From Calditrichia bacterium (GTDB taxonomy: Bacteria > Calditrichota > Calditrichia > JAJRVZ01): a DNA stretch of 64,000 nucleotides. The stretch is taken from assembly GCA_963796965.1 (NCBI GenBank), contig CAWCNS010000009.1:416001-480000 (forward strand), read 5' to 3'. Under the pieces are notes generated by a model, which searched no databases, was not told the DNA's origin, and saw only the letters and a list, made by a program, of their open reading frames with translations. The position numbers and the translations under genes were made by a program. Shown here piece after piece: positions 44,221 through 55,620 of this stretch; position 1 is the stretch's first letter, and each line of letters begins with the position of its first letter.

Positions 44221-47200
44221 TTAATTAGTGGAATTCGTGGATAAAAGCTCTGATTTGAAACTATATCTTCCCGACTCAGCCTTAAAAACCGTATATCCAT
44301 CTTCATCAATGATAGGATCCTGATCTAGGACCTCGGACAATTTTTTCCCATCAAGTGTGACCTTATCAGCACCTGAACTGGGTATATAAACGGTTGCCGT
44401 TGTATTAGGGGGTATGACAACTTTATATTCAAACCGCCCTTTTTCTTTTTTCCATTTTACTTCAATTTTTCCGCAAATGGAATGGTAACTGCCTTCGGCC
44501 CAGGTCAAGGTACCCCCGGGCAAGGGTTTTAGAATAAAATGTCTAAAACCAGGAGCATCAGGATCAGGCTGGATGCCCAGAATATTTTCATACATCCATT
44601 CGCCCATCGCACCAAAGGCATAATGATTAAAGGAGTTCATGCCTGCCCCTTGCATTCCACGACCCTTTACATAGCCATCCCATCGCTCCCAGATAGAAGT
44701 TGCCCCCTGCGCAATTGAATATCCCCATGAGGGAAATTCCTTCGTTTCCAGTAAATCAAAAGCTTTTTTCGAATAGCCGCGCTTAGATAACTCTTTCATC
44801 AGAGGCAGGGTGGAATGAAAACCGGTATTCATTCGTCCATCATAGGGAATAAATTTATCAATCATCCTCTTCTCAAAATTCTCTTCTAACTCTTCCGGGT
44901 AAAGGTTATAATACAAAGCCATGGCATAACAGGACTGGGCATCGCCTTCAATCATGCCATCCTTATCAACAAAAGTTTCGATAAAGGCTTTTTTAATCTT
45001 TTCCGATAATTCTGAATAATAGCTGGCTTCACTATTCTTTCCGATCACTTCTGCCATTTTTGATAAAATAGTCGTGGAGTTGTAGAACATGATTGTTGAA
45101 AATACTTCCGAGGGGATTTGCGCGCCTGTTTTTGGGAAGCCTTTGGCCTTGAGTGTGTTCCCATTAAGCCAATCCCCATAATTAAGGCCTAATCCGCTTC
45201 GCCAGATTAATCCGGATTTTTTTTGTGGATATTATCTATATATCTTTTATAGGCCTCAAAATGTGAGTCAATAATTTCCTCATCTCCATAATTGAGATAC
45301 ATCAGATAAGGCAGTTTGATACCCGCATCAGCCCAACCCGGTGCATTGGTAAAATGTTTTTCATAGCCAAAGGGATTGGGTGCAATATCCGGAAAGGTTC
45401 CCCGCTCGATTGGGCATCCAATATATCAATCATCCATTTACTATAAAAAGCTGCCATATCACGATTAAACATGGAGGTTTGGGCAAAAATAAAAACATCC
45501 CCCATCCAACCGCAGCGTTCATCACGCTGGGGACAATCGGTGGGTACACTATGCATATTGCTGATATGTGAGCGGTTGATGTTTTTATACAATTGGTTAA
45601 GCATCGGATTTGAACAGGCAAAATGGCCGGTGCGTGGCTGATCTGAGGCAACAACTTTTGCCTCCAGAATACCTTTTGCGGTACGCCTCTCAACCCCTCA
45701 CTTCCACAAACCTAAATCCATGATAGGTAAATCGCGGCTCATAAACCAATTTTCCAGTTGCTCCAAGAATGATCTGTATCCGTCTGAATCGCCTCACCAA
45801 GATTTTCCGTATAGAGTTCTCCTTCTTCATCGAGAATTTCACCATGTCTTAGTACAATTATATCACCTGGCTTACCTTTGAGTTTTATCTTGCACCATCC
45901 GGCAATATTTTCCCCAACATCAAAAATATAATGTCCTTTCTTTTGTCCTGGTTACAGATTTTGTTTTAAGCGTTTCAACAATTTTTATGGGTTGATTGAT
46001 TTGCGGAACCAGATTGACATCTACCTGTTCATCAATGACAACTTTTTCCCATGCTGAATCGTCAAATTCCTTTTCCTGCCATCCGTCAACTTCATTATTG
46101 GCATCATAGGTTTCACCAATAAAGTTATCGGCCATCCGAACCGGTCCATTTGCATATATTTTCCATGAATCATCACTAATAATCGTCTCTTTCTCCCCGT
46201 TTGGATACACCACCACCATCTGAAAAAAGAGTCTACGATCAAGGCCATACGCCCCTCTTTTTGGAAAATATTCACTCCAGCGGACGGGTCCAAGCATACC
46301 GGCATACCATCCGTCGGCCAATTGGGCACCGATGACATTGGATCCCCGGTCCAACAAGTGGGTGACATCATAGACCTGGTATTGTACCCGTTTGTTGTAA
46401 TCAGTCCATTCAGGAGCCAATACCCGATGATCAGGGGATTGGGCATTAATGAAATATCATAGATCCCCAGGGCTGAAACATAGGCAATTGCCTGTACTGG
46501 TTTTTCTTTTAGCTCGATCATTTTGCGCAATAAGGGTGATGGGGGAATAGATCGTCGCTTCGGATATGGCGGCGTATTCGTAATCCCATCGGTGAGCATG
46601 TCCGGATCGTACCCATCTTCCCGGTCCATTTTAATCAGCGCATCTTTATAGGTCACCTCACAGCCTGCAGATATAATTTTTTCCTCATTGACTATCTCCA
46701 ACTCAGCAAGTGAAAAAGCATACAATTTTGTCCGGTCTCCCCGGTCTTCATAATCATGAATACGATGCTTATAGTAGTTCAATTCTGTGGCTACCAGACG
46801 AACATACCGTCCTTCTGTCGGATCGATCTTCAAATCCACCGGCTTCCCTCCCGGTGCAGGGGCCGGATTTTTTTCAATACAGGTGATCCAGGTTTTTCCA
46901 TCATTGCTGATTTCAATTCTATAGGCCTTTGGAAAATAATAATCGATGATTTTTCTAATATTGTTATGGGAAGGATAAAGTTTAATCCTGGTAATCATGG
47001 TCCTTTTCCCAAGATCTATCTGGACCCATTTTTCTTCCCTTGGCTTATCCGTATAAGAACTCAGATAGCCGATATGTTTATAAAGCAAGGGATATCGAGG
47101 GGTGGTTCAGGCTGATCACCAATCCATTTGGCCTTCCACTCTTCATTGCTAAAAGCACCGGTAATAAAGGTGGCTGTTTCACTCCAGTTTGAAACTTTCC

Positions 47201-47569
47201 CATTAACCTCCCAAACCCTGACACTCCAGTAATATTTAGTAAACGATTGTAACTCATCCCCATCATATTTAATACTAAAAGTTTGATCGCCGTTTTCTTT
47301 GCCGCTATCCCAGACATTGCCCTCATTTTTTTGTATACTTATTGGATCATCACTGACAATAACCTGCCAGGCTGTTTGTCTCTGGCTATTTTGTGTTGAG
47401 ACAGCTCCCAGCTAAAGCGGGGTGATGGTTTGGCAACAACTGCCTCTTTCATATACTCACATTTTAAATTCTGTACGGTCGTTTCGCTGGTAATTTCATC
47501 ATTACAGCCCATGGATGAGGATAAAATTAAAGCGCCATCATAATAATGTCCATTTCATAATAATTTCAT
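44221..47569 (-). CDS. Alpha-L-rhamnosidase (GH78) with an inserted F5/8 (discoidin) domain; multiple frameshifts
   Basis: PTDCPQRDERCGWMGD, GATSIWERWD, MNSFNHYAFG, APEWTDY; WVQIDLG..ISNDGKTW discoidin segment. Confidence 0.92.
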
Positions 47570-47694
47570 TTCATTTTAGAGAATAAACGGTGGATATACC
47601 TTGGGTGGATTAATTGTTACTGAGATAAATATAGAAAAAAAATTGGGAAAGAATTAGAAGTTTTTTGCCTATTTGTATCTGACGTAAAGCTTTT

Positions 47695-48042
47695 TTAACC
47701 GCAATGACGCAAGGTAGACGCAAGGCACGCAGAGAAAAGATACTATTTATTTTAGGTTTTTCTACTCTCCTTTCTTTGGAATTCCCTGAGTCAAATGAAA
47801 ATTTTTTACTCGCGCAGCACCACGGAGGCGCAGCGCAAATACTTTAAATTTGTCATTCTGAAAGAATCTTCTTTCATGAAAGTACCATATTTTCAATCAG
47901 GAAAACCCCGTTCAAGGACAGGATGACAATAAAAAGGAATATCTTTTTTCTTAATTCTTTTGTCATTTTTCTTAAAATTCGCTGCGTCGTGGCGGCGCTG
48001 CGTGAGAAAATAAAGATTCATTAACCACAAAAGACACAAATA
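47695..48042. repeat. Composite repeat cluster: CGCAG arms enclosing a TGTCAT...ATGACA element (47851-47928)
   Basis: cgcgcagcaccacggaggcgcagcg ... cgctgcgtcgtggcggcgctgcgtg. Confidence 0.8.
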
Positions 48043-48096
48043 TAAAAGAAATTTTACGTAGAATTTGATTAAAGTTTTTTTGCCATTTCAATAAAA

Positions 48097-49074
48097 TCAT
48101 AGGGATAAGGTTTTTCTATATCCGATACCGCATCCGAGCTCAGCCATATCATCTTCACTTAATGACCAACCCAGGCATCCAAGATTATCTTTTAACTGGT
48201 CAATTTTTCTTGCCCCCAGGATCACAGAACTGATGCCTTTTTTATTAAGGAGCCAGTTCAGAGAGACCTGTGCCGGACTTTTATCCAATCGTCCAGCTCA
48301 TTTCAGTTACTTTATCAATAATCGACCAGGTGGATTCGGTATTATACCGTGACTATTTTTCAAATCTGTTATATTTTTCCGGATCCTTAACCCGGCCGGC
48401 ACCGGGCTCCTTCATTCCCCGTTGGTAACGTCCGCTGAGCTATCCTCCCAGGAGCGGACCCAAACGGTAAACCCCCATCCATTTTCTTCACAGGCGGAAA
48501 GAAATTCCCATTCCGGCGACCGAACCAGAAGGTTATATTTGCCTTGCAGCGCAATAAAAGGCATATAGCCCTTAAACCGACTCAGATCAGCCGCCTTCTG
48601 AATATGCCGGGCGCCAAAATTACTTGCCGCAATATAACGGACTTTGCCCTCTCTGACCAGACCACTGAACCTCCAGCGTTTCCTCCAGAGGCGCATTATC
48701 ATCCCAGGCGTGCGCATAAAGGAGGTCCACATAATCGGTTTTCAATCTGGCGAGACTGGCTTCAACGGATTCAAGAATATGTTTACGCCCGAAGCCCGGA
48801 TTGATTTGGCTTGGTCGCCCATAGGAAAACGGACCTTGGTGGCAATTACTAACTCATCCCGCTTCTGTTTCTCTAACCATTCTCCTACAATTTCTTCGGA
48901 AACACCCGTAGAATACATATTAGCCGTATCGATGAAATTGCCTGCCGCATCTGTAAATATATCCAGCATTCTAAGACTCTCAGCTTTTGAGGATTCCCGG
49001 CCAAAAGTCATCGCCCCCATACAAACGTCACTAACCTTAAGTCCTGAATTACCTAAATATTTATATTGCATCAT
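48097..49074 (-). CDS. Aldo/keto reductase (heavily frameshifted; 3' end approximate)
   Basis: [52 protein letters not shown]. Confidence 0.88.
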
Positions 49075-49236
49075 TTTTCTTCCTTCATAAAAAATTGATT
49101 GGTCTTATATGCCTCTTTGCGGCTAACCTCAGACATCCTTAACCACAAAGGACACAAAGAAGGCACAAAGATCACAAAGATCTTTTTTAATTTAAAAACT
49201 TTGCGTCTTAGCGGCTTGACGTGAAAACAAAGAGAG

Positions 49237-50841
49237 TTAACAAAATGATAAATTCGTTAAATTCGTGGACTCTTTTAGTCTTTTTAATTCCTCCCATGGT
49301 AGTACATTACATCGTTCAGCCCACTTATCATAGAGCCCGGCCAGTTCCCGGACAACATCCGGATGGTTGTCGGAGATATCATTGACTTCCGTTCGTCCGG
49401 CTTCCATATCATAGAGTTCCCATTGGCCAGGATATTTACACACCAACTTCCATTTTCCTTTGCGTACGGCTTTATTTCCTTCATGTTCCCAATAGAGCAC
49501 TTCGCGAGGAGAACTTTGGTCTGCAAAGGTTGGCACCATGCTATATCCTTCCAAAGGTTTGATGGTCCTTCCATTGTAAATTTTCGGATAGTCCACTTCA
49601 GCAATATCGAGGAAAGTAGCCATGATATCAGGTAACTGTGCAGGCTGATGTCGAAGCGCGCCCCGGGCCTTGATTCCGGCAGGCCAATGAACAATAAAAG
49701 GGGTGGCGATACCCCCTTCATGAACCCAATGCTTGTAAAGACGAAACGGTGTGTTGGATAGGTTAGCCCAGGGAATACCATAACTGCTATAGGTATCTTC
49801 GCCGCCAGGAATAATAGTCGGATCGTTACCAAAGCGGACATCCCGACCATTCCGCGTTTTAAGGGTTCCGGCCTTATCTGGCCCTTTGGCAATCCAATTG
49901 GTTGTATTGACACTAAGTTCTTCCGCACATCCTCCGTTATCTGAAAGGAAGATTATTAAGGTGTTTTCCAATATCTTTGTATTGTCAAGTGCTTGTAATA
50001 TGCGACCAATGCCCTGATCCATTCGGTCAATCTGAGCGGCATACACTTCCATCCGGCGGGCCTGCCATTCTTTATATTTTTCATTCTTCCACGGCCCCAC
50101 CTGTGGATCACGTTCCGTAAGCAGCCAGTTTTCATCAATAAGACCCATCTTCACCATCCGTTCCAAACGTTGCTCACGCAAATCATCCCACCCGGCATCG
50201 AAACGGCCCTTATATTTGGCACTATCTTCTTCATGGGCATGCAAGGGCCAATGTGGCGCCGTATAGGCCACATACTGAAAAAATGGCCTGTTTTCCTGTA
50301 CAGACGCTTGATCTTCGAGTTGACGAATTGCTTCATCCGTGATTGCATCCGTTAGGAAAAAATCACTTCCTTCGGATTCAATACTTTTATTGTTTCGGGT
50401 TAATGTACGCGGCTGATAATAACTGGCTGCGCCGGTGATAATACCATAAAAGTCATCGAATCCCCGCTGGTTCGGCCGATTATGTTTCGGGCCGTCCAGA
50501 TGGCGGGTTACATGCCATTTACCCGATATATAGGTTTTATACCCTCCCAATTTTAGCGCTTCGGCAAGTGTTACGGTATTTTGATTCAAATCCCCCAGAT
50601 AGCCATCAATACCATCATCTCCCATCATATGGCCGATATCCGCCTGATGGGGATAGAGTCCGGTAAGTAATGAGGCCCGGGAAGGACAGCAACGGGCGGT
50701 GTTGTAAAACTGTGTATAGCGCAGCCCATTGGCTGCCAGGGAATCCAGGTGGGGTGTATGCACTTCACCGCCATAACATCCAAGATCTGAATATCCCATG
50801 TCATCATTAAGTATAAGCAGGATATTGGGTTTGTTGCTCAT
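49237..50841 (-). CDS. Arylsulfatase (Cys-type, AtsA-like), no signal peptide
   Basis: PNILLILNDDMGYSD, CCPSRASLLTG, YTAPHWPLHA, WANLSNTPF, EGGIATP. Confidence 0.95.
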   Translation of the reverse strand: MSNKPNILLILNDDMGYSDLGCYGGEVHTPHLDSLAANGLRYTQFYNTARCCPSRASLLTGLYPHQADIGHMMGDDGIDGYLGDLNQNTVTLAEALKLGGYKTYISGKWHVTRHLDGPKHNRPNQRGFDDFYGIITGAASYYQPRTLTRNNKSIESEGSDFFLTDAITDEAIRQLEDQASVQENRPFFQYVAYTAPHWPLHAHEEDSAKYKGRFDAGWDDLREQRLERMVKMGLIDENWLLTERDPQVGPWKNEKYKEWQARRMEVYAAQIDRMDQGIGRILQALDNTKILENTLIIFLSDNGGCAEELSVNTTNWIAKGPDKAGTLKTRNGRDVRFGNDPTIIPGGEDTYSSYGIPWANLSNTPFRLYKHWVHEGGIATPFIVHWPAGIKARGALRHQPAQLPDIMATFLDIAEVDYPKIYNGRTIKPLEGYSMVPTFADQSSPREVLYWEHEGNKAVRKGKWKLVCKYPGQWELYDMEAGRTEVNDISDNHPDVVRELAGLYDKWAERCNVLPWEELKRLKESTNLTNLSFC

Positions 50842-50884
50842 TTCTCCAACTATCTCCCATGGGTTTTAGGCATAAATAAAAAAA

Positions 50885-51280
50885 TTAACCGCAAAGACGC
50901 GAGGAAGGCGCAAGGAACGCAAAGAAGAATAATAAAAATTAAAAATGCAAGATACAACAAAACTCTCGCAGAGGCGCTAAGACACAGTAAATAAATAATA
51001 AAAAAGAAAAAATACAAAGAAATTGCGGCTTCGCGGCTTTGCGTGAAAAAAAACAAACACAAAGAACACTTCCCCAATTTAAAAGAACTAAATTCACAAA
51101 GATTTTTTATTTTTTTTGAATGCGGCTGACCTAGATCTTTAACAAAACGAATGATTTATGTTAAGCATAAGAAACATTAATATTTTTTCGCTGCGGCATC
51201 GCGTCGCTGCGTGAGAAAAGGAACATAAAATAGAAACTTAGGGGACAAATCTTGGCGTTTTGCGGCTCTGCGAGAGATTC
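50885..51280. repeat. Dense cluster of CGCAAAG/CGCAGAG/CACAAAG arms
   Basis: aaccgcaaagacgcgaggaaggcgcaaggaacgcaaag; ctcgcagaggcgctaag / ttgcggcttcgcggctttgcgtga; cgctgcggcatcgcgtcgctgcgtgag. Confidence 0.8.
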
Positions 51281-52386
51281 TTTTTACTGCAAAGATCAGG
51301 TATACTTCTGCTCCGGTTAGTTCTTATTCGCATCGAGAGATTCCGCGCTATAAATATGAATTTTTTCTTCTTTGCCTTTAAGTGAATGCTCCCCCAGGTC
51401 ATTAAAAACGATAGTAACATCTTTATTTAGTTTATTATATAAGCTTTAGAAATTAAAATGTTTTTCCCCAGTTTATGGGCGGTGGAATATATGCGTGACG
51501 CTGTATTGATTGTATCTCCATGATAGGCAATTTCCTTTTTTGATACACCAATTTCTGTAACAGTCACTTCTCCCAAATGCAGAGATGCCTTAAACGAGGG
51601 AAATATTTCATATTTGCGTAAATAATATTCTTTTTTATCTTCTAAAATGTTTTCGGCTAAGAAAAAGGCATTGATGCAATTATTATTTTTCAGACCTTTT
51701 TTCGGTTTCCATATAACGACAACTTCATCACCCACATATTGAAATACCTGGCCTTTTGTTTTTGTAAATACATAATCTAAATCATTAAAGAAATCACTTA
51801 GAAATGAGCTGTATTTTTTGGAGCCTAATTTCTCTGCAAAGGTTGTTGCATCATTCAAATCTAAAAACATAAAGATTCGCTCTTCAATGGCCGGTTTATG
51901 ATAGCGACCGATTAAATAATTAACTAAAACGCCCTTTCCAAAAAATGATTTTAACTGCCAGATAAATGTGGCAATTATGGCTAAAACCAAGATATAAACC
52001 ATATTTATATTTGTTAGAAAATAAACACGCTTTATTTGTTCAAATTTCTGTGGATCTTGTAAATACAACGTACTTAATCCATTACTATATAAATAGATGA
52101 CAATCAAAGAATAGACTGTAATTATGGTTAACAGGGAATAGGTAATGGTTCTAAAAAGTAATATGATGGCGTAGGGAAGTCTTACTAATTTTGGGTTGGA
52201 AAATATCAGTTCAAAAAATCCAACAAAAAATCCAATGATAAAGCCATTAATAATCGTATAGGTTATTTCCTGAAAATTCCCCCACAGGGCATGAAGGACA
52301 AAACCAATCAAGGCGCCGGCAATACCAAATTTTACACCTAAAAAAAGGTATGATTTTAATTGATTAAAAAAGGTTTTACTCTTCAT
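51238..52386 (-). CDS. Membrane-bound class III adenylate/guanylate cyclase domain protein (frameshift near 51430)
   Basis: N-terminal TMs; IFMFLDLNDAT, YVGDEV, IAYHGDTINTASRI. Confidence 0.9.
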
Positions 52387-52448
52387 CCCTACTCTCTTTG
52401 CTCTATAGGCTTTACCATTGAGGCGCTGAGGAAGTGAATATTTCTCTT

Positions 52449-52640
52449 TTACCACAAAGTACTCTAAGAAGGCACAAAGTACACAAAGAAATAGAAATAC
52501 CCTTGAATGACCTCCCCCTTCATCCCCCTCCTTAGTAAGGAGGGGGAAATAGGGGGTGGTAATTAAATTCGTTCAAATTCGGTCCGGCCCCGTATAACGA
52601 GGTCTCAGGACGCTTTCTACGAGCGTAATTTGTGGACAAA
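52449..52640. repeat. Composite repeat: CACAAAG arm + C/G-rich hairpin + AATTCGT arm carrying a 44-bp insert
   Basis: acctcccccttcatccccctccttagtaaggagggggaaatagggggtggt (52510-52560); insert at 52581-52624. Confidence 0.8.
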
Positions 52641-52653
52641 TGCCTTTCGCCGA

Positions 52654-53578
52654 TTACAGTTTACGGCTTAAAGCCCGACGATACCCCGTAACCGTAATAC
52701 TTTGATCATTATGGATTTCAACAATGGCGTAAGCATTATTTTCCGCTCCACTCCCCTCCACCATCGCTTTTAAGGTATAGTAATGAATCCCCTCAATGAG
52801 GCTGTAATCACCGGCATGATGATGCCCTTGAAAAACTGCCAGGACCTTCTGGTTCTTTTGCAAGATCCGGCGAACCTCCGTCGCGTTTTTGATATAGAGG
52901 TCCCCTTCCCCATCAAGTAATTGATGGACAAAAACAATCGACGGTTTTGATGTAGAAGCAAGATCTTCTTCCAGCCAGGTCAGTTCTTTCGGTGGAATAT
53001 TGGCATCGGTCCAATCGTAATTACCACTATCATAGTCAAGACCATCTGAACGGTAATTGCATCAAGAATGATGAAATGATGGCCCTTCGAATCAAAGGAA
53101 TAATATGTTGACTCACGCGGAATATGTGTATTGGTGGCAACCGCCAGAAACTGCTCTTTTGATATGCTGTAACATCATGGTTACCCAGAACGTGATATTT
53201 ATTGCCCTTAAACTTTTGAAATTCCCCTTCAATGGATTGCAAGTAGGCAAGGGTACTTTCTTCTGTTGGCGGATTATCCTGCTCCTTAAAATCACCAAGT
53301 TCAACGAGAAAGGAGACATCCTCCTTATTCATCTGCTCAACACATTCACGCATTTTGGCCGCTGATTCCCGGTAATATCGAGTACCCGAATAGTCGCGGT
53401 CAGCATAATGGGCGTCTGTTACCATTCCAAAACGGATACTGTTTGAAAAGAGATTACAGCCCGCATGCACAGAAAGACCCGCAGCCGTAAAACCTACGGA
53501 TTTTAGGAAATGACGTCTTGAGATCACCCGGGGAACATTGTCAGTCAGGTGATGCTTTTTGTCTGAATGTTTAATCAT
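52654..53578 (-). CDS. Tat-exported calcineurin-like metallophosphoesterase (frameshifted)
   Basis: SRRHFLK Tat motif; TDAHYAD, LGDF, GNHD, FQGHHH. Confidence 0.88.
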
Positions 53579-53628
53579 TATGTTTCCCCCCCAAAAAAAA
53601 TTCAGAATGCTTTGCGCAGGAAAAAGAT

Positions 53629-53895
53629 GAACCACAAAGTACACAAAGCAAAGTCCCAATATCTATATCTACATCATGTAGATATTTCGGGATGAAATCC
53701 TCCAAGATTTTTCTCTTATGCTTTCATTTTGTAATACTTTTCTCACGCAGCGCCGCGGTGCCGCAGCGAAAAAATTTATGACTGTTCTTATGCCTACTTA
53801 AACTATTCGTTTTGTTTATGATCTAGGTGACCCACAATGAAAAAAATATAAAGAATCTTTGTGAACTTAGTGCTCCCTTAGTGGTCTTTGTGTTT
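53629..53895. repeat. CACAAAG/CGCAG-type repeat cluster
   Basis: aaccacaaagtacacaaag; ctcacgcagcgccgcggtgccgcagcg; ctttgtgaacttagtgctcccttagtggtctttgtg. Confidence 0.75.
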
Positions 53896-53951
53896 ATTCT
53901 TTTAAACACATAGCCGTGAAGCCGTAATTTCTTTGTATTTTTTCTTTTGTA

Positions 53952-55414
53952 TTATTTTTTATCAGGGTCGCTGTTTTCCTGAAAGATCTTTATTGATGAC
54001 ACCCTCATATTTAGATCCGGCTTTTCCATCAACGTATTCATTTTTGCCAGGACTTCTGACTGATTGGATTGGCTATAGATGTTCTGAGACTCCCTGGGAT
54101 CATTGACCATGTCATATAATTCCCAATAATCTTCGTTGTAGTAATGTATCAGTTTATATTTTGAGGTACGTACACCAACATGTGCCGGAACATCATATTG
54201 TCCATAATAATGGTAATAATGTCCTTCGCGCCATTCTGTTATTGATTTACCTTCAAGGAATGCCCGAATAGATCTTCCCCTGGAGTTCTTTTGGAATCTC
54301 TGCCCGCGCATAATCGAGAATGGTCGGGGCAAAATCAAGTATGGATACCATTTTGGTATTTATTATTTCCGGTTTAACATGATCGGGATAGCGCACCAAT
54401 AGAGGTAAGAGGAGGGATTCCTCATACATCCACATTTTGTTAAAAAGGCCAAAATCACCCAGAAAGAAGCCGTTATCCGAGGTGTAAATAGCCACCGTCT
54501 TTTTTGTTGAGATCGTCCTGGTCAAGATAATCCAAAAGGCGACCAATATTATCATCAAGCGCCGCGACTAAACGGAGATAACCTTTAAAAAAACGTTGAT
54601 CCACTTCCATTCCTTATAGGCTTCTGTTCCCTGTTTAAGGTTTTCCGGTATGGGAATATTGAAATGATTGGGCTTGATGAAATCCAGTTTTGACCATCGC
54701 CCCTGACTTTCTGATAAGGCTTTACCACGGAGTTTATAGTCAGCCCAGAAGTTATTCGGTAGGGGCAGATCCCCATCAGCGAAAAGTTTTTCGTATTTCT
54801 GCGGGTATAAATGCGGTGTATGGGGTGCTTTATGATGAATCATTATACAGAAAGGTTTGCTGGTATCCTGTTTTTTCATCCATTCGATGGCATTATCGGT
54901 TATGATATCTGTGAGATAGCCTTTTATGACCTGGGTTTCTTCCCATGGATAGCCGCTTTTTCTGAAGGCAGGGTCGGGAACCGGCCCCCTGCCGGAATAA
55001 CCTGATAATAATCAAAACCCTGGGGCTGGGTTTTTAGGTGCCATTTTCCAATTAGGGCTGTGGCATACCCTGCCTTTTGTAATACTTTGGGAAAGGTTAA
55101 TTGTGAACCGTCGAAGTTGTCGCCATTGCGCATAAAACCATTGTGACGATTATATTTTCCTGTTATCAATGCCGCGCGACTTGGGGCACAAAGAGAATTG
55201 ATATTAAAACAATTTGTAAAACGCATGCCTTCCCGGGCAAGGCGATGATATTTGGGGTTTTATTTAACTGGCTTCCATAAGCACTAATCGCATGAGAGGC
55301 ATGATCATCGGCCATAATAAATATTATATTGGGACGATTGAGGGAAGTGCCGGCGGTTGAGGTTAAAAAAAGAATTCCAGTTAGCGATATAATCAAATTG
55401 CTAAGATATCGGTG
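53952..55414 (-). CDS. Sulfatase (Cys-type; GlcNAc-6-sulfatase-like); frameshifted, start codon lost in the homopolymer tract
   Basis: [49 protein letters not shown]. Confidence 0.88.
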
Positions 55415-55593
<179 letters not shown>

Positions 55594-55620
55594 AAATAAT
55601 TTGACATTGGGCTATATTCT

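Noticed and set aside
50885..51280. Periodic repeat clusters as a CRISPR array
   Set aside because: No constant 23-47 bp repeat with unique equal-length spacers; the units are inverted and degenerate; no cas genes.
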